Below are positions 48,936-61,720 of a stretch of 64,000 bases of DNA, piece after piece; the first letter of the stretch is position 1, and each line of letters begins with the position of its first letter. The stretch covers positions 1-64,000 of the forward strand of contig NIVC01001533.1 in the NCBI GenBank assembly GCA_002269645.1, in the 5' to 3' direction. The translations under genes were made by a program, and so were the position numbers. The stretch comes from Macrostomum lignano (lineage: Eukaryota). The notes below the pieces were generated by a model. The model had not been told where the DNA came from and did not search any database. It was given only the letters and a program-made list of their open reading frames with translations.

Positions 48936-49597
48936 TAAAAGCTAGTTTCTAAGAAATAAACATATTTCTCAACCGGAGCCGCTGTTCATTAAACAAATAA
49001 TTTCAAAGCCGGAAAAACGCCAGGAAAGCAAGCCCAGCTAAAAAAATTCGAGAATAAAATATGAAAATAAGTTTATGAATGAAACAAACATTACAGCATC
49101 ACACCGATATTTAAAGAATGGACACTACTATACTAAAGTACTGACAAGTATGGAATATAAAAAAATAACAAATTTAATTGTAGTGCAGACAAATACCAGC
49201 ACTAATTTTATAGATTATTCGGTACAGTGAACTAAATAAGCTAGCGAAAAAAATGCAAAAACACAAAAAGATTGCAAAAATGCTCCGAGTTACGTAACTA
49301 GCACAGAGTTACGTAATAAGTAAGCGTTTGCAGGAATAACAACTAAGCAGATACAGTTGAGTTGAAAAAACCGACAGAAAAAATACACATTTTTAGAATA
49401 ATGAATAATAAAGTCGCAATCCTCGTGAGCGTCGCTTTTTAAAATAAATCGAATTTAAATTTTGTTTTGTTTGAATTACATTGAAAAAAACCGGATTTCA
49501 AAGATTGCCGGTAACGCCAGCTGGAGTAAAATTGATTTTGAAAAGTATCAAGTTGAGATGTCATTTTTTCGTCAGATTGCCGTCATCGGGTGGGTCG

Positions 49598-51570
49598 TCA
49601 CTTGCGGGCAGCTCGGGCCAGCCGCTTCGCCTCTTTCAGCAGATGTGGCGACGTCTGACAGCAGCCGGACTTTCGCTTGCGAGCCATCGTTGCAGCGTCG
49701 GCGGCTCCGTTGGCCCCGTCGCTAATGGCAACCGATTCTTCGACTATCGATGACGAACTGTTTGACGATGCCGCCGCCCTAGCAACTGCTGACGATTTCG
49801 TATTCGATGAAGAGGCCTTAGCAACAGGCGCTGTTGACCTTGGAGATGCCTTAGCAACACGCGTTGATTTTGGAGTTGTCTTAGCAACGGGCGTTTTCGA
49901 CCTTGGAGACGCCTTAGCAACGGGCGTTTTCGACCTCGGAGACGCTTTAGCAACGGGCGTTTTCGACCTCGGAGACGCCTTAGCAACGGGCGTTGTTGAC
50001 TTAGTAGGCGCCTTAGCAACGGACTTCGGCCTAGCAGAAGCCGCCGCTGCGGCAGTTTTTGCTGTCGCCTTGGCAACGCCATTGCTAGTAGTAGAGTCGA
50101 CTTTGTCGGCAGACGCGTCGGCCCGCCGCTGCAGAAGGGCCCGCAGCCGGGCATACTGCGGCCTCTCGTGATAGCCCAGCCCGGCGGCGTGGCGAAGCAC
50201 CTCGGCCACGGCTTCGGCGTCGGCGGAGCCTCTAGCAAATTGGCAGCGGCCGAGAAAGCCGGCCAGATCCGCCATGGCAGCCTCTTTCGCGCGCTGCACC
50301 CGCTCGTTTTCGTTGCGATATTGTTGCCACGGCAGGTCGCCAGTCAGCCAAGCCAGCAGGCACCAGCCAAGATTCTCAAGGTCGGCGCGGGGCGTCGGCG
50401 CGAGGCCGCGATGGGCGTCGCGGCTGCAGTACTCGGAGGTGCCGTCGTGACGACGCTTTGGGTCCTCCTGGGCGGTGCGGCCGGGGGGAAAAGTTAGAAA
50501 GGTGAGATTCACACTAGATCCTACATTGGCTACAGGTGAGATTCACACAAGATTCTACATTGGCTACAGGTGAGATTCACAATAGATTCTACCTTGGATA
50601 CAGGTGAGATTCACACTGTAGTCTACATTGGCTACAGGTGAGATTCACACTGTAGTCTACATTGGCTACAGGTGAGATTCACACTAGATTCTACATTGGC
50701 TACAGGTGATATTCACACTACATTCTACATTGGCTGCAGGTGAGATTCACACTAGATTCTATATTGGCTGCAGGTGAGATTCACACTAGAGATTCACACT
50801 AGAGATTCACATTAAGCTGCTCAGCCCCGGCACACACACGACACAGAAATCGGGAAATACTTCAGTAAGGCCGGATGGGCAACAGAGCTGCTAACCTTCT
50901 CCTCCTTCAGCCAGCGACCATCGGCTGAGTACCGAAACGCCAGGCCAAAGTCGGCCAGGTACACCCGGTCGGCGCCAGACGTTAACAAATTGGACGCCTT
51001 GACATCGGCGTGGGCGTAGCCGCTGTCGTGAACAAACTCCAGAGCGTCCAGCACGCGAACGGCCACGGCAAAAGCGCGCCTAGCGGGCACGCGGCCCAGA
51101 CTGTCCCGCTGCTTGTCGAACTGCTTCTCAAGATCCTCGCCCAGCCGTTCGATGGCCAGGAACCTGTGATCCTGACCGGCATGGCTGGCGGTGCCGCAGC
51201 CGTAGAATCTCGGCACGCCGACATAGTCGAGACGCTTAGCGGCGGCCCAGTCGCCAACCCGGCTGCCGTCGGCGGCACGCTGATAAAAGTGCATCTCGCA
51301 GAACAGCGGCCCGTTGCCCTTGGGCTCGGCTTTGATCACGCAGTCAATTGGCTGGGCGCCGTCTTCGCCGCCACCGCCGGTGCCGAGGTACACCAAGCCG
51401 AAGCCGCCCTCGCCGATGACGCGACCAACTCGCCAGATTTGCTTCTTTAAGTCGACAAGGCGGGTGCCTTCGGGCAATTGAATCTTGGCTGGCGTTCGTT
51501 TGCTAACACCTGCCGGCTTCTTTTTTGCAGCAGCGGCAGCAGCAGCGGGGCGCTTAGCGGGAGGTGCCAT
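49598..51570 (-). CDS. VRK1: Vaccinia-related kinase (VRK1/ballchen-like, CK1 superfamily)
   Basis: Exon 1 51570-50896 (IGEGGFGLVY, VIKAEPKGNGPLFCEMHFY, YAHADVKASNLL, VYLADFGLA). Exon 2 50467-49598 (EDPKRRHDGTSEYCSRDAHRG, RADLENLGWC), followed by a basic low-complexity tail. Confidence 0.9.
50500..50810. repeat. About 34-bp minisatellite (CTACATTGGCTACAGGTGAGATTCACACTAGATT) filling the VRK intron
   Basis: About 9 units visible. Confidence 0.9.
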
Positions 51571-52203
51571 GTTGCCAGGTAAGCCGGTCTGGGCATGCAT
51601 GAAATTCGTCTTTCAAATAAGCAGTCATTGCGAATTTAGGCAAAATAGTACTGATTGCTATACACTTATGGAGCTAGAAAAATACTATCTAGTACTAACT
51701 AAAAATATCTTCTTTCTTCTCTCTCCTCTCTTCCCTTTTATTCCCTCGCTTCTCCTTTCTCCCATCACTCTTCTCTTTTCTCTGTCCTCTGACCCGAATT
51801 CACGTACATGTACAGGTACAGGTACATGTACAGGTTCCCTATCTGACACTTGACGTAAAAAAGTTTGCCGAGCCCTGATGTAGACTGATTGAGCATTCTG
51901 TGTAAGTTCTGTAGCTTCTACAGCTGGGGCTGGGAGCTGTTCTCGCATCGAGCTTGCAGCCCAAACATTTCTCCTCCTGAGATTGACTTTTATTTGTTAT
52001 CCCTAACCCTACTTTTTGGCCAAGAAAAAGTTCACCAACGAAGATGAGTTGAAGAAAAGGGGACCCTGGATCAACTAAACAAAAAAGTGAATAGCAGGCC
52101 TATTAAACGTGCATAAAAATGTACATAATCTACATAAATCTATTGTTATCTTTGAAATGAATACTCGTAAAGGCGGTGGGAAATGTAATTTTTGTTACTA
52201 AGG

Positions 52204-52689
52204 CAGGGGTCAGCAAACATTTTTAACTCAAGGGCGAGATATGGAATCTAAGCGCATGACTGCGGGTCAGAGAGAGAAGAAAGGTGAGAGGGCATATGAG
52301 AAAGGACAGTGGAGAGGAGGGTAGAGAGGAGAGAGGTGAGATGAGAGAGGAGAGGGGGGAGTAGGGGGACACGAGAGGGGAGATGAGGAGAGACAGAGGA
52401 GAGGAGAGAGGAGGGAGCCAGAGGAGAGTGGGGAGATGAGGGGGACAAGAGATGTGAGAGGAGGGAGCCAGAGGAGAGTGGGGAGATGAGGGGGACAAGA
52501 GATGTGAGAGGAGGGGAGCCAGAGGAGAGGGGAGATGAGGGGAGCCAGAGGAGAGGGGAGATGAGGAGAGGAGAAAAAAGAGAGCTGAGAAAAGACACAA
52601 GCCTTGAGCGGACCGGATTTCTATAGTGAAGCATCAAAGAACCGGAGGGCCGGAGAGAGGCTTCGCGGGCCATATTTTTCCGAGCCCTG
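52204..52689. mobile_element. hAT MITE with purine-rich interior
   Basis: CAGGGGTCAGCAAAC start and ..GAGCCCTG end. Degenerate TSD (TACTAAGG / AACTAATG). Homologous to 33454-33941. Confidence 0.8.
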
Positions 52690-53839
52690 AACTAATGGGA
52701 CATGATGCTCTTTGATTTTTAACATTTCTAACACGTCAAATCTGTTTAATGGCGTTAATAAATGGACACTCATAGAAGAACAGACGTGAAATAAAATAAG
52801 TCTCCGTTTATTTGACCTTGAAACTAAACAAATCCAAAATAAATTTACACTACTATTAGTACTAAGAAGCATTATGCTACCGTTTAAAGCCAATTAAAAA
52901 GAGAAAATTGTATTTTTTAAAGATGACTGCATCGGGGCATGACAAAAGCAGCAGATGTAGGAGAAATAATGATTAGAATGTTCATTATAAACTAATAATA
53001 ATAGTAAAACACAGTAATCTCTAAGAACTTCGTTCGAACCAAACAAATAACAAGTAAAAAATGCAAACCAATTAGCAAAATAATGACTACAGAATAAAAA
53101 TTAACTAAAATTAATTTATATTTAGACTGAGCATACTGCTCAACTAAGCAATAAAGGAATTAGCAAATATGCATTTAAAAGTACAACCTAAGAGATTTAT
53201 TGTCTGAAGAAAATATGGGCAATAATAGACAGTAGACTGAGGACTTTACTAGTTTGTTGCAGCAGATTTCCAATAGTTTTAATAGACTATCTCTTTGCAA
53301 TATACTACTGCAGTAGTCTATCGTGTACACCAGTTATAATATTAAGAGAGCCAGCAGTAAAGTTAATCTAATTTTTAGAATATAAATTACATCGACAGCG
53401 AATGGGATAATCTTGGACAGATGACATAAATGAAAAAAGATCTTGGATAATACATATTTTAAAAAATTACAATCTCACACTACGATTGCTATCGCATATC
53501 AAAAGATAGGAGGACTCACATAATCTCTGTTAGATAGCATGAATCTCATAGTGAGATTGGATGACTCTCACAATGAGATGGGATGTATCTCATAGTGAGA
53601 TGGGATGAATCTCATTGTGAGATGGGGGATGAATCTCACTGTGAGATGGGGGTGAATCTCATAGCGAGATGGGATAAATCTCATAGCGACATAGGATAAA
53701 TGTCATATTAGGAGATTGGACAATCCCATACAGAGATAAGAGGAATCTTAAACTAAAATAATTATTATAGCAAGTTGGCCTGAATACCTCAGACACCAAT
53801 TAATGCTAAACCATACATAGACAATAAAAGTACATCCGA

Positions 53840-56800
53840 TCAGATAAACAGCATGCCAGACGTGCGGTAAACCTGATAGATCTTCTCAATAGCTCCGATG
53901 AAAGCTGCAGTGCGCAGGTCCAGGCCCAGGTTGTATTTCATGCCAATTCGCATCATGTTATTAGCCGATCTGGCCATTGTGTAGGCCAGGCCAGAGTGGA
54001 CAATGTCCACCTCGTTAGCGCCAGCCATTCTAGCCTCGTATTCGCTAGTGGGAGTCACAGGAATCTTGCCGCCGTGACGGCCGAACTTGCGCTCTAGAGA
54101 CTGCTGCACGCTCTCCAGCAGCTGGTAGTTGGAGTCGCGCTCGTACTTGAACGTGAGTCGGCCATAGCTCACGTGGTTGAGATTCTTCAGCCATTCAAAA
54201 TAGGACACGGTGACGCCGCCAGCGTTCAGGTACAGATCCGGAATCACCAGCACATTCTTGTCGCGCAGGATCTGCTCGGCTCCGCCTGTGGTCGGACCGT
54301 TGGCGCCTTCGGCTATGATGCGGGCCTGGATTCGATCCGCGTTGCCAGCATTGATGGCCTTTTCTGACGCGGCCGGCACCAGGATGTCGCATTTCTCGAA
54401 CATCAGCTCGTCCTTGGGCTCGTAGGCCTTGGCTCCGGGGAAGCCCACGATGCTGCCCTGCTCCTGTAAAGTAATACCCCCGGCTCATTAGTAATACCCC
54501 TGGCTCATTAGTAATACCCCTGGCTCATTAGTAATACCCTGACTCATTAGTAGTACCCCCGGCTCATTAGTAATACCCGACTCATTAGTAATACCCCGAC
54601 TCATTAGTAATACCCCGACTCATTAGTAATACCCCGACTCATTTGTAATACCCCCGGCTCATTAGTAATACCCCCGGCTCATTAGTAATACCCCGGCTCA
54701 TTAGTAATACCCCGACTCATTAGTAATACCCCGACTCATTAGTAATACCAGACTCATTAGTAATACCCCCGGCTCATTAGTAATACCAGACTCATTAGTA
54801 ATACCCGACTCATTAGTAATACCCCCGGCTCATTAGTAATACCCCGACTCATTAGTAATACCCCCGGCTCATTATTAATACCAGACTCATTAGTAATACC
54901 CGACTCATTAGTAATACCCCCGGCTCATTAGTAATACCCCGACTCATTAGTAATACCCCCGGCTCATTATTAATACCAGACTCATTAGTAATACCCGACT
55001 CATTAGTAATACCCCCGGCTCATTAGTAATACCCCTGGCTCATTAGTAATACCCCAGGCTCATTAGTAATACCCCTGGCTCATTAGTAATACCCTGACTC
55101 ATTAGTAGTACCCCCGGCTCATTAGTAATACCCCCCTCATTAGTAATACCCGACTCATTAGTAATACTCCCGGCTCATTAGTAATACCAGACTCATTAGT
55201 AATACCCGACTCATTAGTAATACCCCCGGCTCATTAGTAATACCCCGACTCATTAGTAATACCCCCGGCTCATTATTAATACCAGACTCATTAGTAATAC
55301 CCGACTCATTAGTAATACCCCGACTCATTAGTAATACCCCGACTCATTAGTAATACCCCCGGCTCATTAGTAATACCCCGACTCATTAGTAATACCCCCG
55401 GCTCATTAGTAATACCCCGACTCATTAGTAATACCCCGACTCATTAGTAATACCCGAATCTTTAGTTTAGTAATACCCGACTCATTAGTAATACCCCGAC
55501 TCATTAGTTCAATAATACGCGACTTACAATGCCGCTGCTGCCCAACTTACAATTTTATAATTCTCCAAATCCTTGGGATCAATGCCGTCAGGATTGTAAA
55601 TGGCTCCGTCAAACTCGATGACGCCCACGCACTTGGCTCCGGCCCTGTGCAGGTAGCGCATGGAGTGCAGGCCAACATTGCCGAAGCCCTGTATAATAAA
55701 GGTCTTATCGCCAAAGCCAGGCGTGAGGCCCACCTGGCTCATGTAGCTGGCCTCGTTGATGAAGTTCTCGATGCCGTGGAACACGCCCTGTGCAATTGAG
55801 TATGTACATTTTTCATAGCCTTACAAGCTTCAAATTTCACCTTTTATAAGTGTTTTAGGCCTGGTCACTTCCGCTAGCTCATAGCTTATAAAGAATCCGG
55901 CGATACTCGAATACTGGAAACTTTTTCATTGTTATAAATCTATCTATACATATACTAAAACTGATGTGTCGTTTATCTTTGTGTATGTTCGATAACTTAA
56001 ACTATAAAGGTAGAAGTTTCTGATTTTTAAATACATAAAATACTGCTTGAAATGTCCCATTTCTACTTTAAGTAGTCAAATTTGAATGTTTACTCCGTTA
56101 AATAAAATTGTTCTCCCTCACTCACCCGTCCGGTGGCGGAAATCCGGCCGTGAATGCCGCCCATAGAGATTGGCTTGCCAGTGACGCAGGCGTACGAGTC
56201 CAGATCCTTAAAGCCTAATACAAGTGAGCGTTTGGGTAGACAATAGACTGGGTAGAAAACAGACTGTGGAAGGGTAGACAGTGGACTGGGAAGAGTAGAC
56301 AGCGGACTGGGAAGAGTAGACAGCGGACTGGGAAGAGTAGACAGCGGACTGGGAAGAGTAGACAGCAGACTGGGAAGAGTAGACATGCAGCGGACTGGGA
56401 AGAGTAGACAGCGGACTGGGAAGAGTAGACAGTGGACTGGGAAGAGTAGACAGCAGACTGGGAAGAGTAGACAGTGGACTGGGAAGAGTAGACAGCAGAC
56501 TGGGAAGAGTAGACATGCAGCGGACTGGGAAGAGTAGACAGCGGACTGGGAAGAGTAGACAGCGGACTGGGAAGAGTAGACAGCGGACTGGGAAGAGTAG
56601 ACAGCGGACTGGGTACAGCAGACCACGAAGAGGGTACGACAGCGCGAGTAGACAGCAGAAAAAAATCTAAGCAGACAGTGAAGACAGACTGACAGTAGAG
56701 CTCCATCAGCGGACAATTAGCCAGCCTGAGCAGCCTCACCGTGTGTATTAGAGTAAGTGTCGGCAATCCAGCTCATCTCCCGCTCTCCAGTGCCCATATC

Positions 56801-58181
56801 GGGTGCGGGCACGTCAACGCCGGGCCCAATAAATCCTTTCTTAGCCAATTCGACAGTGAATCGTCTGGTGATTTTTTCTAATTCGTTCTCCGAATAGTCC
56901 TTGGGGTTGATGGCTAAGCCGGCCTTGGCGCCGCCAAATGGGACGTCAACTACGGCGCACTTGTAGGTCATTAGAGCGGCCAGGGCCATCACCTGGATTG
57001 ACGTGTGTGTAAATCATCAAGTGTAAGTCAAGTGTAAGTCATCATCAATCAGGAATGGAGGAGGGATCGCGGGGGTTCGAGATCAGAATCCCAACTTTCG
57101 CGGATATCCTGGGGATTTTGGGATCAGGATCACAATTTTTGCGGATATCCTGGAGTTCGGGATCAGGATCCCAATTTTTGTGGATATCCTGGGATTTCGG
57201 GATCAGGATCCCAATTTTCGAGGATATCCTGGGATTTCAGGATCAGGATCCCGATTTTTGCGAATATCTTGGGATTCCGGGATGAGGATCCGAATTTTTA
57301 CAGATATCTTGGGATTCCGGGTTGAGGATCCCAATTTTTACAGATATCCCAGGATTTCGGGATCAGGATCCAGATTTTTGCGGATATCCCAGGATGATTT
57401 CGGGATCAGGATCCCAGTTTTTGCGGATATCCCAGGATGATTTCGGGATCAGGATCCCAGTTTTTGCGGATATCCCAGGATGATTTCGGGATCAGGATCC
57501 CAGTTTTTGCGGATATCCCAGGATGATTTCGGGATCAGGATCCCAGTTTTTGCGGATATCCCAGGATGATTTCGGGATCAGGATCCCAGTTTTTGCGGAT
57601 ATCCCAGGATTTCGGGATCAGGATCCCAGTTTTTGCGGATATCCCAGGATTTCCGGATCAGGATCCTAACTTTTGCGGATATCCCGGGACTTCGGGAACA
57701 GGAGCTCCATTTTTGCGGATATCCTGGGATTCCGGGATCAGGATCCCAATTCATACCGGGATTACTAGACACGAACCTCGTTCTTATTAACATCCGTGGC
57801 GTAGCGGATGCCGCCTTTGCACGGAATCCTGTGCAGCGAGTGCTGCGCCCGCCAGCCGCGAATGATTTCAAATCGGCCGTCGTCGCGCCTAACCGGGAAC
57901 GTAACCTCGAGCACGTGATTGCAAGGCTTCACTGTGCTCAGAATGCCTCGAACGCGTTTGCTGCGCTCTTCAATTGGTATTTTCGACGGCATCTCGTCAA
58001 TTAGTTTCGGCTCGAGTAGGCCCGCCGCTTTGTCGAAGAATTTCTCGACCATCTCAAAGAACGGCGGCTCAGCCTGTCCGTCGGCGGCGGCTGCAGAGGA
58101 CAGAGCCGCTGTCGATCGATGCCAGCTGCCGCGCCGCATCGCGATGGCGGAGGAGGAATTGAAAAGCCGGCGTGAAAGCAT
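53840..58181 (-). CDS. GLUD1: Mitochondrial glutamate dehydrogenase (animal type, with antenna domain)
   Basis: Exons 58181-57777 (transit peptide; PCKGGIRY), 56992-56740 ([18 protein letters not shown]), 56214-56126 ([14 protein letters not shown]), 55787-55551 (QGFGNVG) and 54463-53840 ([23 protein letters not shown], antenna [12 protein letters not shown]). Confidence 0.97.
54470..55510. repeat. 18-22-bp minisatellite CTCATTAGTAATACCCC(CGG/GA), about 50 units, GDH intron 4
   Basis: Array abuts the 3' splice site at 54464. Confidence 0.96.
56270..56615. repeat. 21-bp minisatellite GACTGGGAAGAGTAGACAGCG, about 15 units, GDH intron 2
   Basis: Directly visible. Confidence 0.95.
57085..57750. 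repeat. About 40-43-bp minisatellite (TTTTGCGGATATCCCAGGAT..TTCGGGATCAGGATCCCAG), GDH intron 1
   Basis: Central units are near identical; outer units are diverged. Confidence 0.92.
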
Positions 58182-58644
58182 TCTTTAGCGAATCAAAAAG
58201 TTACTTTGCTGGTTTTTTGTTTTCTTCTTTTATTATTTTGTGTTCAACAGTTGAAGAAGAACTCGCTCTCTGCAAGTAACAGTTGCTATTGCGTGTATTT
58301 TTATAACCTTGCCACGCCCCCAGCCAACCCCAACCTGAAAGGCCAACCACAGACATAGCGAGTACTGATAGCAGCCAGTGTGGTGTGACATGACAGTACT
58401 TGAGGCACAGTCAGAGAGATAATATCTGACGCACTCAAGCTACCTACATACCCTGAACAAGAAATTAGTATCAACTAGCATTAGGGGCATTAGCAATTGC
58501 TACAAACTCAGGCTGACCTTCTAATGTTATAAAAGAACTGCTTCAATAGAGCAGTAATTGCGCCAAACAGTTTCATGATTGTAACAAAAGAATTGCTATT
58601 ATAAATAGACCCTCACATAAATTAATGCATGCTATGGGTATTGT

Positions 58645-58886
58645 CATACATGCACAACTTCCAAAATTCGGTCGGCCGTGCAACTTACATGTAAAAGAAG
58701 CCCTAAAGCAAAATTAACGCAACTTTGGGTAAACGGCGGAAATAACTATAGCTGTCTTATTAAGGCAAAATGCCTCGTCATCTACTTAGTACTACTTTGG
58801 TATTTATTCGGGTGGGCATTTTTGCGCCTTACCTTGGTTGGCCGCCAAATCGGTCGGCCGGATCGGCCGACTGTTGTGCATGTATG
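58645..58886. mobile_element. MITE, 14-bp TIR CATACATGCACAAC, 8-bp TSD GGTATTGT
   Basis: TSD at 58637-58644 and 58887-58894. Confidence 0.88.
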
Positions 58887-59138
58887 GGTATTGTTGTGAC
58901 TTTTCATTGAATCTTATATGATGAGCTCATTGTATGTGGAGCCTAAGAAGAGCAACTGCAACCCACTAAATGAGATTGATCAAGCAGATTTTAGAATGAA
59001 GCTAATGGACATAGCTAAGGACTCAAAAAGGCCAAAAGGTCAACATTAAACCTTAGCAATTTTGTTGGCCTAAATTTACTTACTAGTTTTGCTAAAGGTA
59101 CCTTCAGCTAGGCCTAGGCACCAACTAGTCTTTATTAA

Positions 59139-59461
59139 CATACATGCCCAACACCCGTCCGACAAGTCCGAACCGGACAGGTGAAATGGCTGCCGGCCAA
59201 GGTAAGTTGCAAAATCAAAAACACAAAAAAGGAAAAATTGGGGAAAGAAAGGAGAGGAAAAGGAAAAGAAAGGAGGGAGAAGAGAGAGGGGAAAGAGGAG
59301 AGAGAAAGAGAAGAAAAGAGAAAAAGGCAAGAAAAGTCATATACAAAGTGAAGATTAAGTTGCAATCAGGGGAACTAAGTCGCAATCAAGAGGAACTAAG
59401 TTGCAATTGGGAGGAACTAAGTTTCACTGGACAGGTGAAATTTTGAGTTTGGGCATGTATG
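59139..59461. mobile_element. MITE, 13-bp TIR CATACATGCCCAA, 8-bp TSD TTTATTAA
   Basis: TSD at 59131-59138 and 59462-59469. Confidence 0.88.
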
Positions 59462-61431
59462 TTTATTAATCTGATGAATATGACCATTCATGTTGCTTCT
59501 GAGTCCAACATTGCAATTCAAGCAGCTCTTCAGTCCTTGAGTGCAAAATGATGTTTGCTTCAGTCTTTGTGGCATTTAACTTGAAGCACCTATCATTCAT
59601 AGAGCCATTTCTAGAAGATTTTGAGTTCCTAAATAGGTTTAAAAAGTAGGAGTCTCATGCTCAAGGTTCATTTTTTACTTAAACAAATTCTAGAAAAGTA
59701 TGAGTAATTCTTTAAGTAATTAAAATGCAAATAAAATATAAATTTAAATAACATTTTTTAATTTAATACAAAAAATAGATCAAACTTATTTTTAAGTTGA
59801 CATTGAAATTTAAATCATTGTTTAAAATATTTCTAATGGTAACAATGCAATCAAAAGATAAGAAGCAGAGACAAAAAAAGCTCATTGGGCATCCTTGCTT
59901 ATTGGGCGCCCAAAGGGGGGGGGCGCACTAGATTGCTTCAACATTGCTATATACTGAATTTTTAAATATGTACTAATATCCAGTTTAGTAAATCTCAATA
60001 TGCGTATATACTAAATCTATAGGTTAAAGGTTTTAAAATCCAAGATTTGTTAAAATTGTAGCTTTTTAGACAGTGGGTGAGATACAAAGTCTCAACTAAT
60101 AGGATTCTAGATCAAGATAATAGAAATAGGATGTGTATACCTCAGATGCATATGTAGACTAAGACTAGACTAGAACTGGAAACCCAAAGGAATTATTGCA
60201 TGGTAATATGCAAAACACATTGTTTAGTCTAAAGGGATCATAAATCTAAATGGCACACTGTAAAAAAACCTTACAAACAAGAAAAAAGAATTTAATCCAT
60301 AAAGAATACTAGTCAATCTATAGTTATCCCTGCATATTGATTTAACATTTTGGTTCTTTGTGTTTCTTAAGTCTGAGGATTTGCTACTCTTCTTTTTTCA
60401 TTTATTGTCTCACTTTCTCCTTAGCCCTTTTCTACTTTTTGTTCTTTTATCTCTAATCTCTTTTCTATTTTATATGTAAATTGTATCTCAAGTTATCTAA
60501 ATCTTTCAACTTCTTATATGGTATCTATATTTCCATTTAAGAAAAATATAGATGCCATAAAGATTTGAAATCAAAACTGAAATTTTCAAGACCCAATTCT
60601 AATATTAAATTTTGGAACATTAATTATTTAATAAATGCTATTTAATTTGACTAGTAATTTATACTTATCTTATTTGTCCTAGACCTAAAATAGTATAGGC
60701 AAATTTGCTATAATTTTACTTTTATTTTTTGAACATACTGGTATTACTGATAGTTAAATAGTTACTTTTGCATACATTGGAAATCTTGTTCAAAGTAAAA
60801 TAGCAGTACATTTAGCACTTGATTTGGTAAAAATGTGATTGAAATTGGTCTAGAATTGCAATCTCTAGAGTGTTACAGATGGACAGACAGACAGACAGAT
60901 CTTAGACATTTAGTATATTTGGACTTTTAGCACTTGACTAGCAATTCTAGTGCCTTCCTTTGGGGCATGAAATAAGTAAGGAGCAAAAATTATTCATGAA
61001 AAACAATTTAAAAAGCACCTTTTCTTTTCTTAAGCACATTTCCTTCTTCAGTTTTAAGAATCACTTTATTTGAGTAAAATTTTTATGGACAAAGATTTTT
61101 GCTATGAATCTCTTTTTTTCTAAAATTAATAGAAAGACAACAAAATAAAGTTTTCACAAAGATAACAGACATTCCCCCCTAATAGAAAACATCCCCAAGA
61201 CAGCAAGCATCCCCCAAATAGCAAGCAACCCCAAGATAGCAAGCATCTCCCAGACAGCAAGCATCCCCTAAATAGCAAACATCCCGTAGACAGCAAGCAT
61301 CTCCCAGATAGAAAGCATCCCCCAATATCAAGCAACACCCGGATAGCAAGCATAACCCGGATAGCAAGCAACCCTGGATACAAAAAATCCTTATAGATAG
61401 CTAGCAACCCCCTCACAGATGGCTCTTTAAG

Positions 61432-61720
61432 TTTAAAGTGGTGGCTCTTTTATGTTTGACATGGTAGCTCTTTTATGTTTGACATGGTAGCTCTTTTATG
61501 TTTGACATGGTAGCTCTTTTATGTTTGACATGGTAGCTCTTTTATGTTTGACATGGTAGCTCTTTTATGTTTGACATGGTAGCTCTTTTATGTTTGACAT
61601 GGTAGCTCTTTTACATTTGAGATGGTGGCTCTTTTATGTTTGACATGGTGGCTTTTTTATGTTTGACATGGTGGCTCTTTTATGTTTGACATGGTAGCTC
61701 TATAACTTTTGACATGGTGC
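61432..61720. repeat. 23-bp minisatellite TTTTATGTTTGACATGGTAGCTC
   Basis: About 12 units visible. Confidence 0.9.
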
